Shown here in pieces: positions 14,862-29,777 of a stretch of DNA of 49,733 bases. Within the stretch, counting starts at the first letter, position 1; each line of letters starts with the position of its first letter. A program made the translations under genes and the position numbers. The stretch covers positions 1 through 49,733 of the forward strand of contig CALSCP010000463.1 in the NCBI GenBank assembly GCA_943704425.1, given 5' to 3'. The notes beneath the pieces were generated by a model. That model had not been told where the DNA came from. It made no database searches and saw only the letters and a program-made list of their open reading frames with translations. The stretch is from Ministeria vibrans ATCC 50519 (lineage: Eukaryota > Protista > Filasterea).

Positions 14862-15708
14862 ATGAGCAAACGAAAGATATCCGATGCGTCGCCTGATTCG
14901 TCGTCACAGTCTACGTCCGCCACGGCGGCGCCCGCCAAGCGGCTGCTTGTGCCTGTTGCAGCCATGTCCGAGGAGCACTTGCGCGCCGAAGTGACTGCTC
15001 TGCGTGTCGCAAACCGCGATCTGGAACAGCTCAAGCGGACGTCGTTGACGCGCGAGAAGACGCTGATGGTGCGTCTGACACAGGCGGAGCTACAGGTTTG
15101 AGTGGACGCGCGTTGAGTGCGCCGCGAGAGAAGAATCACTGAAAACTCACTGTTGGGTTTTCCTTGACAGTGCCATAAGCTTCGATTGCGCATCCACGAA
15201 CTCGAAGAGTCTATCAGCGACCCAACCAATGGACGAGCACGCAAGCTTCTTGATCCTATGGTCCACTTTGTGTTCACCATGCTGCAGAATCAGGTAGGAC
15301 GGACTGGCTGGGTCGTCGTTCCCGCTCACTCTTGGCCGCTTAACGTAGTCAAGAGAACTGGAAGACAAGGCAAAGCAGTTGAGTGCAGACCGAGACGCAT
15401 GGCAATTCCAGGCAGAGAGTGCCATGGGAAAGAAGCTTATGGCGCGCTGTCGGCAACTAATCGAAGAGAACCAAGAGTTAGGCAAACAGCTGTGTGACGG
15501 TCGGGTGGCGCAGCTCGCGGGTGCGCTTAGCATGTCGCAGGCGTTGGTGACAGAGTTGCGCAAGAGCGATGCAGACCTGCGTGGCATTGTTGTGGAGCTA
15601 GAAGAGGACATGGGGCGCATGTTGGACAAGGCAGCGGCCCTCAAGAAGGAGCTCAAGGCGGCCAAGTCAGCCAAGGAGATAGCAGAGAAAGACGCAAGCT
15701 CGTGCTGA
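14862..15708 (+). CDS. WTAP: WTAP / Fl(2)d m6A methyltransferase complex subunit
   Basis: REKTLMVRL, LLDPMV, AWQFQAESAMGKKLMARCRQLIEENQELGKQL...GRVAQL match the conserved WTAP coiled-coil. Three exons. Confidence 0.9.
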
Positions 15709-15858
15709 AAGCAGTGTGCAACAAGAGCACTTGAGTAGCACACTCGAAATACACAAATTGTATCAAAGCGACAAACCAATAAGAAGAGTGTGTATAGAAG
15801 TACGGAAGGAAGAACTGATGGAGAGTGTGTGTGTGTGTGTGTGAGCGAGTGTGTGCGA

Positions 15859-17554
15859 CTACTGGGCACTGACGTTGAGAAGAATGCCCGGCGAGCCGCT
15901 GTTGCCACTGCTGTTGCCCGGCAGATATGTCACATTGCGGCTCTTAGCGAGCGTCGTCGCAATTTCTTTAGCTGCGTCAATCTTACGCAGCACAATCAGA
16001 CCCTGTCCGTTCTCAGCGAGCGACGACGAAATGAGCTCTGCAGCCTTGGCATCACCCTCTGCGCGGATAATGGCCGCCAGTTTCTCTTGCTCCGCCTTCA
16101 GAGAGAACAAAGTGTTAGAGGAAGCGGAATGCAAAGCGAAACGCAAAGTGATACAGCGAGAAATAGTTCACACACACATACATATATAAGGGTACCTTTT
16201 CTACGACAAAGCGCGCTCGCTCTGCATCCTGTTGTGCCACCTGCTTCATCTCGACAGCTAAACCGCAATTCACACGTCAGTACTAGGGATGGTTCATTTT
16301 TTGCTGGTGTCATACCGCGCGTGAACTCGGGGCCGAAAGTCAAGTGAGTAATGGAAATGTCGTCGAGGACAATGTTGAACGATTCGGCGCGTGATCGAAG
16401 AGCTCGCTGCACTCCATCCGAGACCATCTCGCGCTGAAATGAATTTCGTATCAGGAAGGGGACATCCAGTGTGGTCATTCATACCTGTGTAATGAGCTCG
16501 CCTGCGTCAAACTGAGCGACGACCGCCTTGAGCACTTCATTGCCGATCGATGGGAGTACCCGCTCATCGTAGTCGGGACCGTAGTTCTGGTAGATGCTGG
16601 CCAGTCCTTCAATCTTAGGTCGGTACAGAATACCTGCGGTGTGGGAGGACGAGAGAGTGAGTTAGTGGGTGAGTAAGAGAGTAAGTTTGAAAAAAGTCAG
16701 CTTGCGACGATGGACAAGTGAGTGTGTGAGTGTGTGATGAGTCAAGTGCGTGATTGTGTGAGTAAGTGTGTGAGTGAGTGGAGTGTGTGAAGAGTCAGCT
16801 TGTGATGATGAATGGGGGTTGAGACTTGGGAAGAGTATGGCAGTGAGTGCGTGAGTGAGTGAGTGCGTGAGTGAGTGAGTGCGTGAGTGAGTGAGTGAGT
16901 GAGTGGAGTGTGACGAGTCAACTTCTGATCAGTGAGATTGGGATTCCTTACGGAGCGTAATGTTCACCGTCTGCATGTCTTTGCTTCCAGTCGTGGTGCT
17001 AATGTTACGTGGCTGCGTGCGCACGTCGAAAACGATAGGCCACTGGAGACCAGGAACGAGAAAATGTGTTCCCTATCGAAAAAAATGAAGAAAAAAAAGA
17101 AAAAAAGAAAAAAAAAGAAAAAAAAACTCGTCAAAGTCAGTGAGGTCTACAAGGATGAAGACTAGTCGGAAGGACACAGAGACGCAGCGGGCGACGTCGT
17201 GATGGGTGGGGAAACGGCGAGGGCGATTACACGTGCAAAGGACTGGCACAGCGAGAAATGGCTCCTTGTGTCAGACACAGTCGCACGCCACGCGCAAGAC
17301 ACGACGCTGTGCGCGACGGGTGCGCTCCACCACGCCCGCACCCGCGGCAAGGGACGGCCCCAGCGGCACGGCGACGCACACGGACCAGCGCTTACCTCCG
17401 TGTAGACCTTCTCTTTGACGCCGGCGAAGCGGTCGAAGATGATCGCCCGGTGGCCCGCCTCCACGTTGAACAGCGCCGTGTTCACAACCGCACCGCCCAC
17501 CGCAATGCCCAGTCCAATCTTTCCCATAAGGTCCGCGAGTCTCTTGGCAGCCAT
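15859..17554 (-). CDS. PHB1: Prohibitin 1
   Basis: [90 protein letters not shown]. Confidence 0.95.
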
Positions 17555-17840
17555 TTTCAATACTTCTTTTTCTGTTTCAAGTTAACGTAAAAAAAATGAT
17601 TAATGACTTTCGAGTTATAATAATTATTTATTATGATGAATGATCACGATTGTGAAATCAAAATCCAGTTGACAAAAATCCCTCAATGTGTACTCAGAGC
17701 GCAGTAACGAGAGAACTCATGTCATCCACTGCACTACTAATGCACACTGCGAGTGATCTCTGTAACGGAGGAGGTTGCTTCAAGTGCGCATCTCGTTGCA
17801 ACTGTCCTCTCGCGAAGTCGCTACCACGCATGCCAGCTCG

Positions 17841-18406
17841 TTAAAAGTCCTTTGTCACCACGTGAGGAGTCAAATCGTACTTTTGCGAAATGTGCAGCAG
17901 CGAGGAAACCTAACAGGGACGTTTAGTGTGCGCTGATGAACGCACAGAGTGCACTAAATTCACCTGTTTCCATTTGGCACGCACTTGGTCTAGCGCTTCA
18001 AAGATCACCTCGCCCATAGTGACATCTTCGTGGGGAATGACATTGACGGCGGCAACAATCGCATCGAGCAGCCGCAGAATGCGGACTCGCTGACGGTCCG
18101 TCAGAGAGCGCACCATCGACGCACCGCCCAACGGGTCGTCACGCGGCAGACGCAGCGCATACGCCCACGTCCGCGCCGCTCCCAGGTAGAATGCAAGCTC
18201 GCCAGACGTCTCGCCCGCCTTGCTGCGCGCTGCGTCGCCTCCTTCGGCCGCTCCGTCGCGGAAGCCTTGCGCGAATCCCGCCTCAGCCGCTTCTCGCGTG
18301 CATCTACGACAAAATCCGACATATCGGTTGCTGTCATGCCAGTGCAAGTGTATTACTCTTCCTCCAATCGTTCCACAGCGTCAAATATGTCCCCTTCAAA
18401 ATCCAT
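17841..18406 (-). CDS. LTO1/ORAOV1-like (Yae1_N deca-GX3) protein
   Basis: MDFEGDIFDAVERLEEE, then AGFAQGFRDGAAEG...GELAFYLG and LDQVRAKWKQ, a glycine-periodic motif. Three inferred exons. Confidence 0.7.
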
Positions 18407-18516
18407 TTCAAACAAAACTGTGTGTGTAAAACTGTGTAAAATAATTTAAATCGATCTTTACTACTCACTCATCAGTCATCAGTCATCACTCAAATTTTAT
18501 CTATCGCATTCTGACA

Positions 18517-21038
<2,522 letters not shown>

Positions 21039-21189
21039 TTGGCTCCCTCGATCACTTTGTTCTTTGTTCTTTCTATCACTTTGTTTCTTCTCCCCCCCCC
21101 CTTCTTACTCAACTCACAACCAAACTCACTTTTTCAATATTAAAAACTTCTCTCTCTCTCTCTCTGTGTGTCTTTCATTTGTTGTTACG

Positions 21190-24100
21190 CTACAGTTTGT
21201 CCAATTCACTGAGCACGGCGTCTCTCAGTCGCTCATAGTCGGACATTTCATTGTAGATTTGTGCGCTCAGTCGCACATATCCCCTTTGCTCACCCACAGG
21301 TCCTAGGTTGCACAACACACCGAGTTGAGTGTCCCAATCGCATCCACTGTTTCTTGATATTACCGGCCACAAACACCACTGTTTCTACATCATAGTCAGA
21401 GCGCAGAGTGCGTCGCATTGCATTGCCCAGCTCACGTGTATTGATCGCCAAATGTAATGCCTACTCGGAAACTCACACACCTCGCAAATCGCCTTTCTTT
21501 TTTTTTCTTTGGTATACCTTTGGCAGTTCGAGACAGCACATGGCAGCACACATCTCAGGGGGCTGGGCAAGGCGTACTGCCCATGCGTCGCAGAGCATAC
21601 CGGCCGCAGCCATGACCAGCGTATGTAAACGAACTGCCACTCGTCCCTCATCACTCTCGTTCATCTCTGTATACCAATGTCAATTTTTAGCGCATCAGTG
21701 AGTGCCTGTCTATTGTATAAAAGTAGTTGAACCTTGAAGAAAATCGAGGGCGGTAGGCACAGCGAGCATTGCGCTATAATCGCGTGTGCCAATCCAAGCA
21801 CACTCTCGCGCCAAACCACTCCCGTAGTTGTGCGAAATGATGGGCGGATGAAGAGTGCGCTTGTCACCTGCCGAAACACACATAGGTTTCAAAATTCAAA
21901 TTCGACCAGAATACTCTGTCAGACTTACTCATGCCTGGCTTGGCGTAGAAAAAGGCAACCGAGGGTGGTGCAAATGCCCACTTGTGCAGGTTAGACACAT
22001 AGTACTCTGCACCAATGTCACGCATGCTAAGCGGATCAATCTGCCCTACTGCGTGAGCGCCATCCACAAACACCTCTTTGATGCCACTCTTGTGGCACAG
22101 CGCAACCAGCTCGACAATCGGAAGCACCTGCAACAAGAATACGAACAAAAAAAAACCACAGCAAGAAATTGGGGGAAAATTACAGCGAGAGAGTAAGAAA
22201 GGAAAAGGAGTGAGAAAGAAACAAACCACAAAGTGAAGAAGAAAGAGACAAAGAGACAGAGAGAGACATAGAAAAAGGCACAGAGAGAGACAGAGAAAGG
22301 TGAAAGATACAAAGTAGTAGAGAGAGAGGGAGCAGTCACACGCTGATGTACTAGACACTTACGAGTGCGGGAGTGCTTGTGATGTGGTCAAGAACAGCCA
22401 AGCGAATGGGCCCCTTGCAGGCAACAATAGCCCTGCGCACTGCCCGGACAATGTCGCGCGGGGACTCCACGGGAAACGGGAGGTCGGCAAAGACCAGATT
22501 GGCTCCGGCACGCTGGCAGTACTCGACAAAAGTCTGGCGAGTGGCATTGTAGCATAGGTTGAGCATGAGAATGTTGTCGCCCTTGCGCGCACGGCCCTCG
22601 TGGAAGTCCCACATGAGTGACTGTGCCACCATGGTCACGCCTGTACTTGCATTGTCGACGAGCACCACATCTGCCGTGTCGCACCCGATCAGCTGAGCGA
22701 CGGCAGCCCGTGACTCCCCCAGCCCCGACTCGAGTCCGTCAAAGTACATCTCGTCGGGCTGTGCCAGCCAGCGCAACTGATGCGCCTCTTGTGCGTCCAA
22801 AACGCATCCCGGGGGCGCCCCAAAGCTGCCGTGGTTGCAGCGGGCCGTGGTCGGGCGATGGTGCTGAAAGTGTGCGTCGCGCATCGGATGCCGCGGTCCC
22901 CTCTGCTCGCGGTACTCTCGGAAACGCTGCTGAATCGCCTTGGCAGCGTTCTCTCGCGCCGTTTGCTCTTCGGCAATCTGCTGCCGTGTCTGCTTGCCGC
23001 GCCACGATGCCTGTAGCGTCACTGCCGCCTGTTCACGTTCCATTTGAAGACGCGAGTACTCTTTGCGCGCACTGTAAGCGCGATACTGCGTCTGAATTTG
23101 CGTCGCAGCGCGCGTCTCCTGCTCGCTCTGTGCGCGGCTCTCGCGGCGTGACTTGTGTCCGCGATAATGCGCCTGGATGACAGTCGCCGACTGGTGCTGT
23201 ACGGCAATGTCTCGGCGCGTGCGGTGGCCGCGGTACGCTGCTTGTATTGAACTTGCGGCGGTGGCGCGCTCGGCTGCCTCGCGTTCGCGCTCGCGTTGCT
23301 CGTGTGCCAGTCGGGTACGTGTGTGGTGTCCACGGTAGGCACTCTGGATGCACGTGGCGGCGTGCGTTTCCTCGGCGAGCTGTGTAGCAACCTGCTGACG
23401 AGTGCGGTAACCGCGGAAATTTGATTGAATCGTCGTTGCGGCCTGATCGCGCATCGACCTCTCGTGTGCCACACTTTGTCGGTCGCGATGACCCCGAAAG
23501 CCCGACTGTATGCGCACAGCGGCGTCCTTGGCCTGTGCCAGCTCCCGACGAGCATTGCGGCCACGGACGTGCTTCTGCAGAGTAGTCGCCGCCCAAGTGC
23601 GGTCTGCGTACAGGACTGCGACCTGCTGGCGCTCGCGGAAGCCCCGGAACCACGATTGGATGAGAACGGCGGCGCGCAGACGCAATTGACGCTCGCGTCG
23701 AAGCTCCTGGGCCATGGGCGACATGGGACGGGAGCGAAGAAAGTCGTCGCGCGAGCCCATCGATGCGGACGAAGCACGCAAGCAATCTTCGGCGACGCTC
23801 GGATCAAGCTCACGGCCCTCCACTGCCTCCTTGCGATCCCACCTACGCAGTTCGAGTTGCTCGCAGACAGCCTGCGACGGCCGTTTGGTCACGGGGGAGG
23901 CCGAGGCGGGGGCGCGCGGTGGACGCCCACAGCGGTCCTTGAGCGACTTCATGGAGCCCTGACTCACGTTGAGCGGGTCCTCCCAGGCAAGACGCTGCGA
24001 GCGGGCACGGCGTGCCGGTGTCGGACTTGGCTTTGGTGCACGTGGTGCGGGCTCGGACTCTTCGTCTGGCTTCGTCTTGCGTGCCAGCACCGAGATTTCT

Positions 24101-24964
24101 TTGCGTTTCTCACGCGGTACGTATCCAGGCGGCGGTCGCGTCTTGCTGTCCACTTTGGTGGAAGCAAATACTCCACTGGCGGAGACGGGTCGCTCGCGAC
24201 TTGCAGGTCGATTGACGGGTGTCGTGGGTACTGGCGAAGGGGAGCGTGTGGCTTTGGCTTTTGATGCTGACTGGCGCACTGGCGTAGGCTGAATGTCTTT
24301 GCCAGGCCGAGCGCCGTCCGCTCCGACGTGTGATGATCGAAGGCCGGGGATGCTGTTGGAGGCGGTGGTCGAGAGTCGTTGTCTTACAGGTGCCGGTGAC
24401 GCTTTTCTTGTGGGCGCTGGCGACGGGGAGGGAGCACGATGGCGACGGGGTGATGGAGCGGACGAATTCGACGTCGCTGCAGCTGGTGCGCCTTTGTGCA
24501 CTGCACTCGAGCTCGCTGGCACGGGCGAAGGAGCCCGTGCATGCGCTGTGCCGCCGGCCCGAGGCACTGGCGAAGGTGCTCGGGCGCCAACTCCGGGTCG
24601 TGGTGAGGGTGCTCTTCGTGGCGTGGCGGCTGCAGCGGTGACACGGTGTGGTGCGTCCGCTGGAGGTCTTTGTTTGTCTCGTTGTTGCACGACCTGCGCT
24701 TGCATTCGAGCCGAACGAGACGCTGCCTTGGTTGACGTCGCACCGCGACTCGGTGCTGCACTTGTTGGAGGGGTAGGACCTATTTCCAAAGTCGTGCAAC
24801 ACGCGTAAGTCGCACAAACGCGCTGGATGCCGTCAAGGGCATTTTGGTCGTTCGTTTTTCTTTTTTGAATTTTGAATGTTACCTGTATGGACATTTCCCG
24901 GCGGTAATCTGCCCGCCGTGAGTTTTGTCAGATTCAAGGCAGGCACACCTACCCTGTCAGTCAT
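21190..24964 (-). CDS. IQ-repeat protein fused to a class-V aminotransferase-fold PLP lyase (L-cysteine desulfhydrase / Egt2 / isopenicillin-N epimerase-like)
   Basis: The large exon (~24780-22361) holds a Pro/Ser-rich region, 10 IQxxxRGxxxR-type motifs, then NHGSFG...LDHITS. Later exons give VDGAHAVGQ, SNLHKW (PLP Lys), WIGTRDYS and YVRLSAQIYN. Two small upstream exons (ATG 24964) are phase-compatible. Confidence 0.85.
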
Positions 24965-25139
24965 ACGAGAAGAACTATCTTAGAAAAAATAAATCAATGA
25001 CACTGAGTGAACTGTCATTCTGTCAACTCTGTGAAGATAGAAGAATCGATTTTTTTTAGTTGATCTTGACATTCAACAATGAATTGTAATCATTGGATTT
25101 ACTTGATATTTACGCGTGTGTCCCTTAGACCTGTAACCC

Positions 25140-28119
25140 ATGGCACCGGTCAACCTCCTCCCAAAGGTAAACACCGAGTAGCCCATGTCGTTGTCTCGCG
25201 TGACGGTGACTGACGGTCTGTGAATCCTCTCCCTCCCTCCCTCGGCTGCGGTTGCGTGTGTAGGCCGGGGAGTACTCCCAGTCCGTCGGAGTCGGCGTGG
25301 CGCTCGACGACCTCGTGCTCATGACGATCATCAACGAAAAGGTAGGGCTGCACAACAGAGGCACGACCGCCCTGACCCCAAAGGAACTGACCCCTCTCCC
25401 ATCCGACAGGAAATCATGCAGAACCTGCGCAAACGTGCCGACCGCGGAATCATCTATACGTAAGCCGCCCCCGCTGACTTTCTCGCGCCCACACCATTGT
25501 CCACATGCTCCGACACCCACTCGCTCCGACTGCGGCGCTGTTAGGCCGCGCGTCCTCTCGCCAGCGCCAGTCATTCGTTTTGCTTCTCTCCAACCACCTC
25601 CATCTCATATCTCCTTCCCCTTAGCTACATCGGCCACGTGCTCCTTGCCATGAACCCCTACAAGAAGTTGCCCATCTACGGCAAAGGTGAGACTAGCTCG
25701 TTTGAGTCGACACGGCACACTAATGGGACTCGGCAGATTTCATTCAGGGCTACACCGGTCGTTATCGCGTCGAAATGCCGCCACACATCTACTCGCTTGC
25801 CGAGGAAACCTTCCGTGACATGCTCACCGAGGAAGAGCCCCAGTGCATCATTATTAGCGGAGAAAGTGGCGCCGGCAAGACAGAGAGTGCTAAGCTGATC
25901 ATGAACTACATTGCGAATGTGTGCGGCAGTGCTAAGGGTGGCGTTGACAAGATCAAAGACATTGTGTTGCAGTCCAATCCGCTGCTGGAGGCCTTTGGCA
26001 ATGCCAAGACTCTCCGCAACAACAATAGCAGTCGCTTTGGAAAGGTACGAGCAAACGACCCACACCAAAGAGAAGGAAGGACCTAGTCCAACTTTCGTTT
26101 TTATAATATTAATAAGAAGTTTAATAATAATAATAATTATTGTTATTATATTTCATCTCACTTTTTTTCGCTTCATTTATTCTTATTATTTAACGTAGTA
26201 CGTCGAGATTTTGTTTGATCGTCATGGCTACCCGCGCGGCGGCCGCATCCGCAACTACCTCCTTGAAAAGTCGCGCATTCCATCGCAGACCAAGGGCGAG
26301 CGCAACTTCCACATCTTCTACCAGTTCTGCAAAGGAATGGTAATGCACCAAATTAGCACGCTCTACTTGCCTCACTTCACTCACTCACACAATTCAATGT
26401 ATACCATTGTGTGACAGGAGGACAAAGACCGCCAAACGCTGGGTCTGGGAAGTGCAGCAGGGGCAGTCAAGGCGTTTCGCTACCTGAGCCTTGCGGGATG
26501 CACGTCACTTGAGGGTGTCGACGACGCAGCCGAGTTTCGCCACACAGTCCATGCCATGAAGGTCGCCAACATGGGCGGCAAGACGGCTCGTGTCGTCTTT
26601 TCACTGCTTGCCGCCATTCTTCACCTGGGCAATGTTGCCTTTGAGCCTGCAAGTGCCGATGGCAGCACTTCGCGTGTCAGTCAAGACGCACAGGCGTTTC
26701 TCGATCGCGCGTGTGACCTGCTCAAGATTGACGGAGGTGCATACTCCATATAACACTCACCTCACTCACTTCACTCACCATGCGATATATCTTTTCTTTT
26801 CTTTTTTTCTACAGGGCGTTTGGTCAAGGCGCTGACGACACGGCACATTCGGACGCGCGGCGAGTCCTTCGACGTCCCCCTCAACGCACCGCAGGCGTCC
26901 AACGCACGCGACGCCGTCACCAAGACACTCTACTTCCGCGCCTTTGATTGGATTGTTGGCTGCGTCAACAGCGCTCTCGCCGCCGCCTCCACCCCCGCCG
27001 ACGGTACCGCCGCTGCCGCTGCCGACCCGGCCGAGCTCTTGGCGGTGTGTGTCCTTGACATTTACGGCTTTGAAATTTTCAAGTCCAACGGATTTGAGCA
27101 GTTTCTCATCAATTACGTCAATGAGAAGCTCCAACAGATCTTCATTGAGCTCACGCTCAAGGCAGAGCAGGTACGTCAAGCGAGACAATACCGACAGGGG
27201 GGACCTCACAAACTGGTTTGCGTTTGTTGTTGTTGTCGTTGTTTTCGCAGGAGGAATACGAACAAGAGAAGATCCAATGGACACCCATCAAGTTTTTCAA
27301 CAACAAAGTCGTCTGCGATCTGATTGAGGCGAAGAAGCCGCAGCCGGGCGTGCTGGCTATCCTCGATGACACTTGCGCCACGCTGCACGCGGACACGAAG
27401 AACGCCGACTCGACGTTTGTCGGCAAGGCAACGACCTTTCACAGCCAACACGCGCACTTTATGGCGACCGACCGCGGCTTTGTCATCAAGCACTACGCCG
27501 GCAATGTCGAGTACACATCACGCGGCTTCTGCGACGCCAATCTCGACTCGCTCTTTGTCGATCTGGTGGCGGTGCTCGCCGAGTCGCGTCACAAGTTGCT
27601 GAGCGTGCTGTTTCCTCAGAGCGAACTGGAGGAGTTGCAGCAGCAAGAAGGGCGCAAGCGACCGACGACGGTGGGCCACAAAATGAAGACGCAGTGTGCG
27701 CAGCTGGTGACGGACCTGATGGCGACCAACCCACACTATGTGCGCTGTCTCAAGCCCAACGACACCAAACAGGCGGGGGTCTTTGACGACGCACGCATCG
27801 AGCACCAGTGCAAGTACCTGGGCCTACTCGAGAACGTTCGTGTGCGCCGCGCTGGCTTTGCCTACCGTCAAGACTTCCATCGCTTCAACCACCGCTACCT
27901 CATGCTGCTGTCGGACCGCGACCGTGCACGCGTTGACCGTCCTGGCGTGTCCGACCGCGATGTCAGCAAGGCCATGCTTAAGCTGCTTATGCCCCAGCTC
28001 AAGGGTGTCGTTGCTGACACCGAGTTTCAGCTCGGCACTACCAAAATGTTCATCAAACAAGTATTGTTTTCTAGTCCACTCCCTCCTCCCTCTTTTTCTT
28101 CGTACTAATATAAATGTGT

Positions 28120-28151
<32 letters not shown>

Positions 28152-29698
28152 TATAGCCTGAGAGTGTGTTTGCAGTGGAGCAACTGCGCGTGAAGCATTT
28201 GGACGGGTGTGCGGCGCGCATCCAACGAGCATGGCGGGCTTTCTTGCAGCGCCGGCACTTTATCAAGCTGCGTCTGGGTGCCGTCAAGTACCTGAGCAAG
28301 CGCAAGGAGCGCCGACGCGACACTCTGCTGCGGCCCTTCACAGGCATTCACTTGCCCTACCACTCGACCAAAGACGAGCGCATGTGCAAGCTGCGCCAGT
28401 GCCTAGCCGACTGCACTGGCCTGGGCGTCCCTGCCACCGTAGGACAGGTCATTTACGCCGACAACTGCAAGGTGCGCCGTAAAAATACGACTGGAAGGGG
28501 GTAAGCTTACGTTTATGTTTAGGTGCTGCGAGTGAATGGGACAGGGATGGAGGAGGACCCATGCACGCTGGTGTTGAGCACGTCGGGTGTGTATATTGCC
28601 GAGTGGCGCCAGTTGCCGGCGGTGATGCAGAAGAACATGGTGACCAATGTGGTGTGGGCGGGCGCACATGAGCGCCTCAAGCGACCTGCAACTGCACCCG
28701 TCTTTGCCATGCGACGCCACATTCCACTGAGTCTGCTCGACAGTGTGTCGCTGTCGCCGTACGCCGACAATGTGATTGTACTGCACGTGAAAGACCGACC
28801 CAATGGCACACCGCCCGTGTGGACTCCCAATTCGGATGTGGTTGACTGTGCACGGTGCAAGCGCAAGTTTTGGTTGTTTCTACGTCGCCATCACTGCCGG
28901 CAGTGTGGCACGGTCTACTGCGACGAGTGTGTACCCGAGGGTGTGGGGTGTGTGCCAGACCGCAGCATTGACACGCCCGTACGCATCTGTGTGGGTTGCT
29001 GGGGGCGCGAGAGCCTCGACGCGTGGCAGGACTATGCGATTGTGGTGGATTCCAAGACAGAGCTGATGGCGCTGCTGATGGACGCGAGTGGCATGACCAT
29101 GGAACGATCGGGTCTGCCACCAATCAAGGCCAACATTGCCCCCGAGATCATGTACAAGGGCCCGTCGACGGTGAGCGCCGGCAGTGAGGTGGCGACGCGT
29201 TCGTCTCGTCGGCTACAGTTCACACGCGATCCTCGCATGACCGAAATGGCAGTGCGCGTGACGGGCGCCGGAACCATTTCGGTGGGTCCTGGCGTCCCTG
29301 TCGAGTTGGTGGAGCAGCAGCGCAAGGCGGAGGCGCGACGGCGCAAAGAGCGTCTGCGACGACTCGAGCACGAGGCAGAGCAGCGTCGACTGGCCGAGCA
29401 GCAGCGAGCGGAGGCACGCGAGAAGGAACGCAAGCGCCGCATCAAGGAGAAGAAGGCGCGTCGTGCGGCGGAGCGAGCCACAGCGGCGGAAACATCGGCT
29501 GCGGAGGCGTCCGTGTCGGCCGAGAAGAAGGCGAAGCGTGAGGCGCGCAAGAAGAAGATGGCTAAGGCGGCCCCAGTGCAGGCGGTGGCGGTCGTTAAGT
29601 GTGGCGACTGTGGCTGCGACGACTTCCAGCCGCACACCTTCAAGAAGAACACGTGCAATGTGTGCTACCACGACCACGCCGCCACGAGTGCTGTCTAA
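25140..29698 (+). CDS. Class I myosin with IQ, TH1 interrupted by FYVE, charged helix and a C-terminal Cys/His motif
   Basis: [10 protein letters not shown]-loop, [69 protein letters not shown] (myosin-I type), [14 protein letters not shown], and FYVE WTPNSD...RRHHCRQCG...RIC. Confidence 0.92.
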
Positions 29699-29709
29699 TT
29701 ATCAAAGAA

Positions 29710-29754
<45 letters not shown>

Positions 29755-29777
29755 CAAAGAGAGAAATAAACAGTTTA

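Noticed and set aside
16640-16915. (GAGT)n tracts resembling arrays of GTGAGT splice donors (also ~30350-30415)
   Set aside because: The host genes are on the minus strand, where these read (ACTC)n. They are best explained as tetranucleotide microsatellites.
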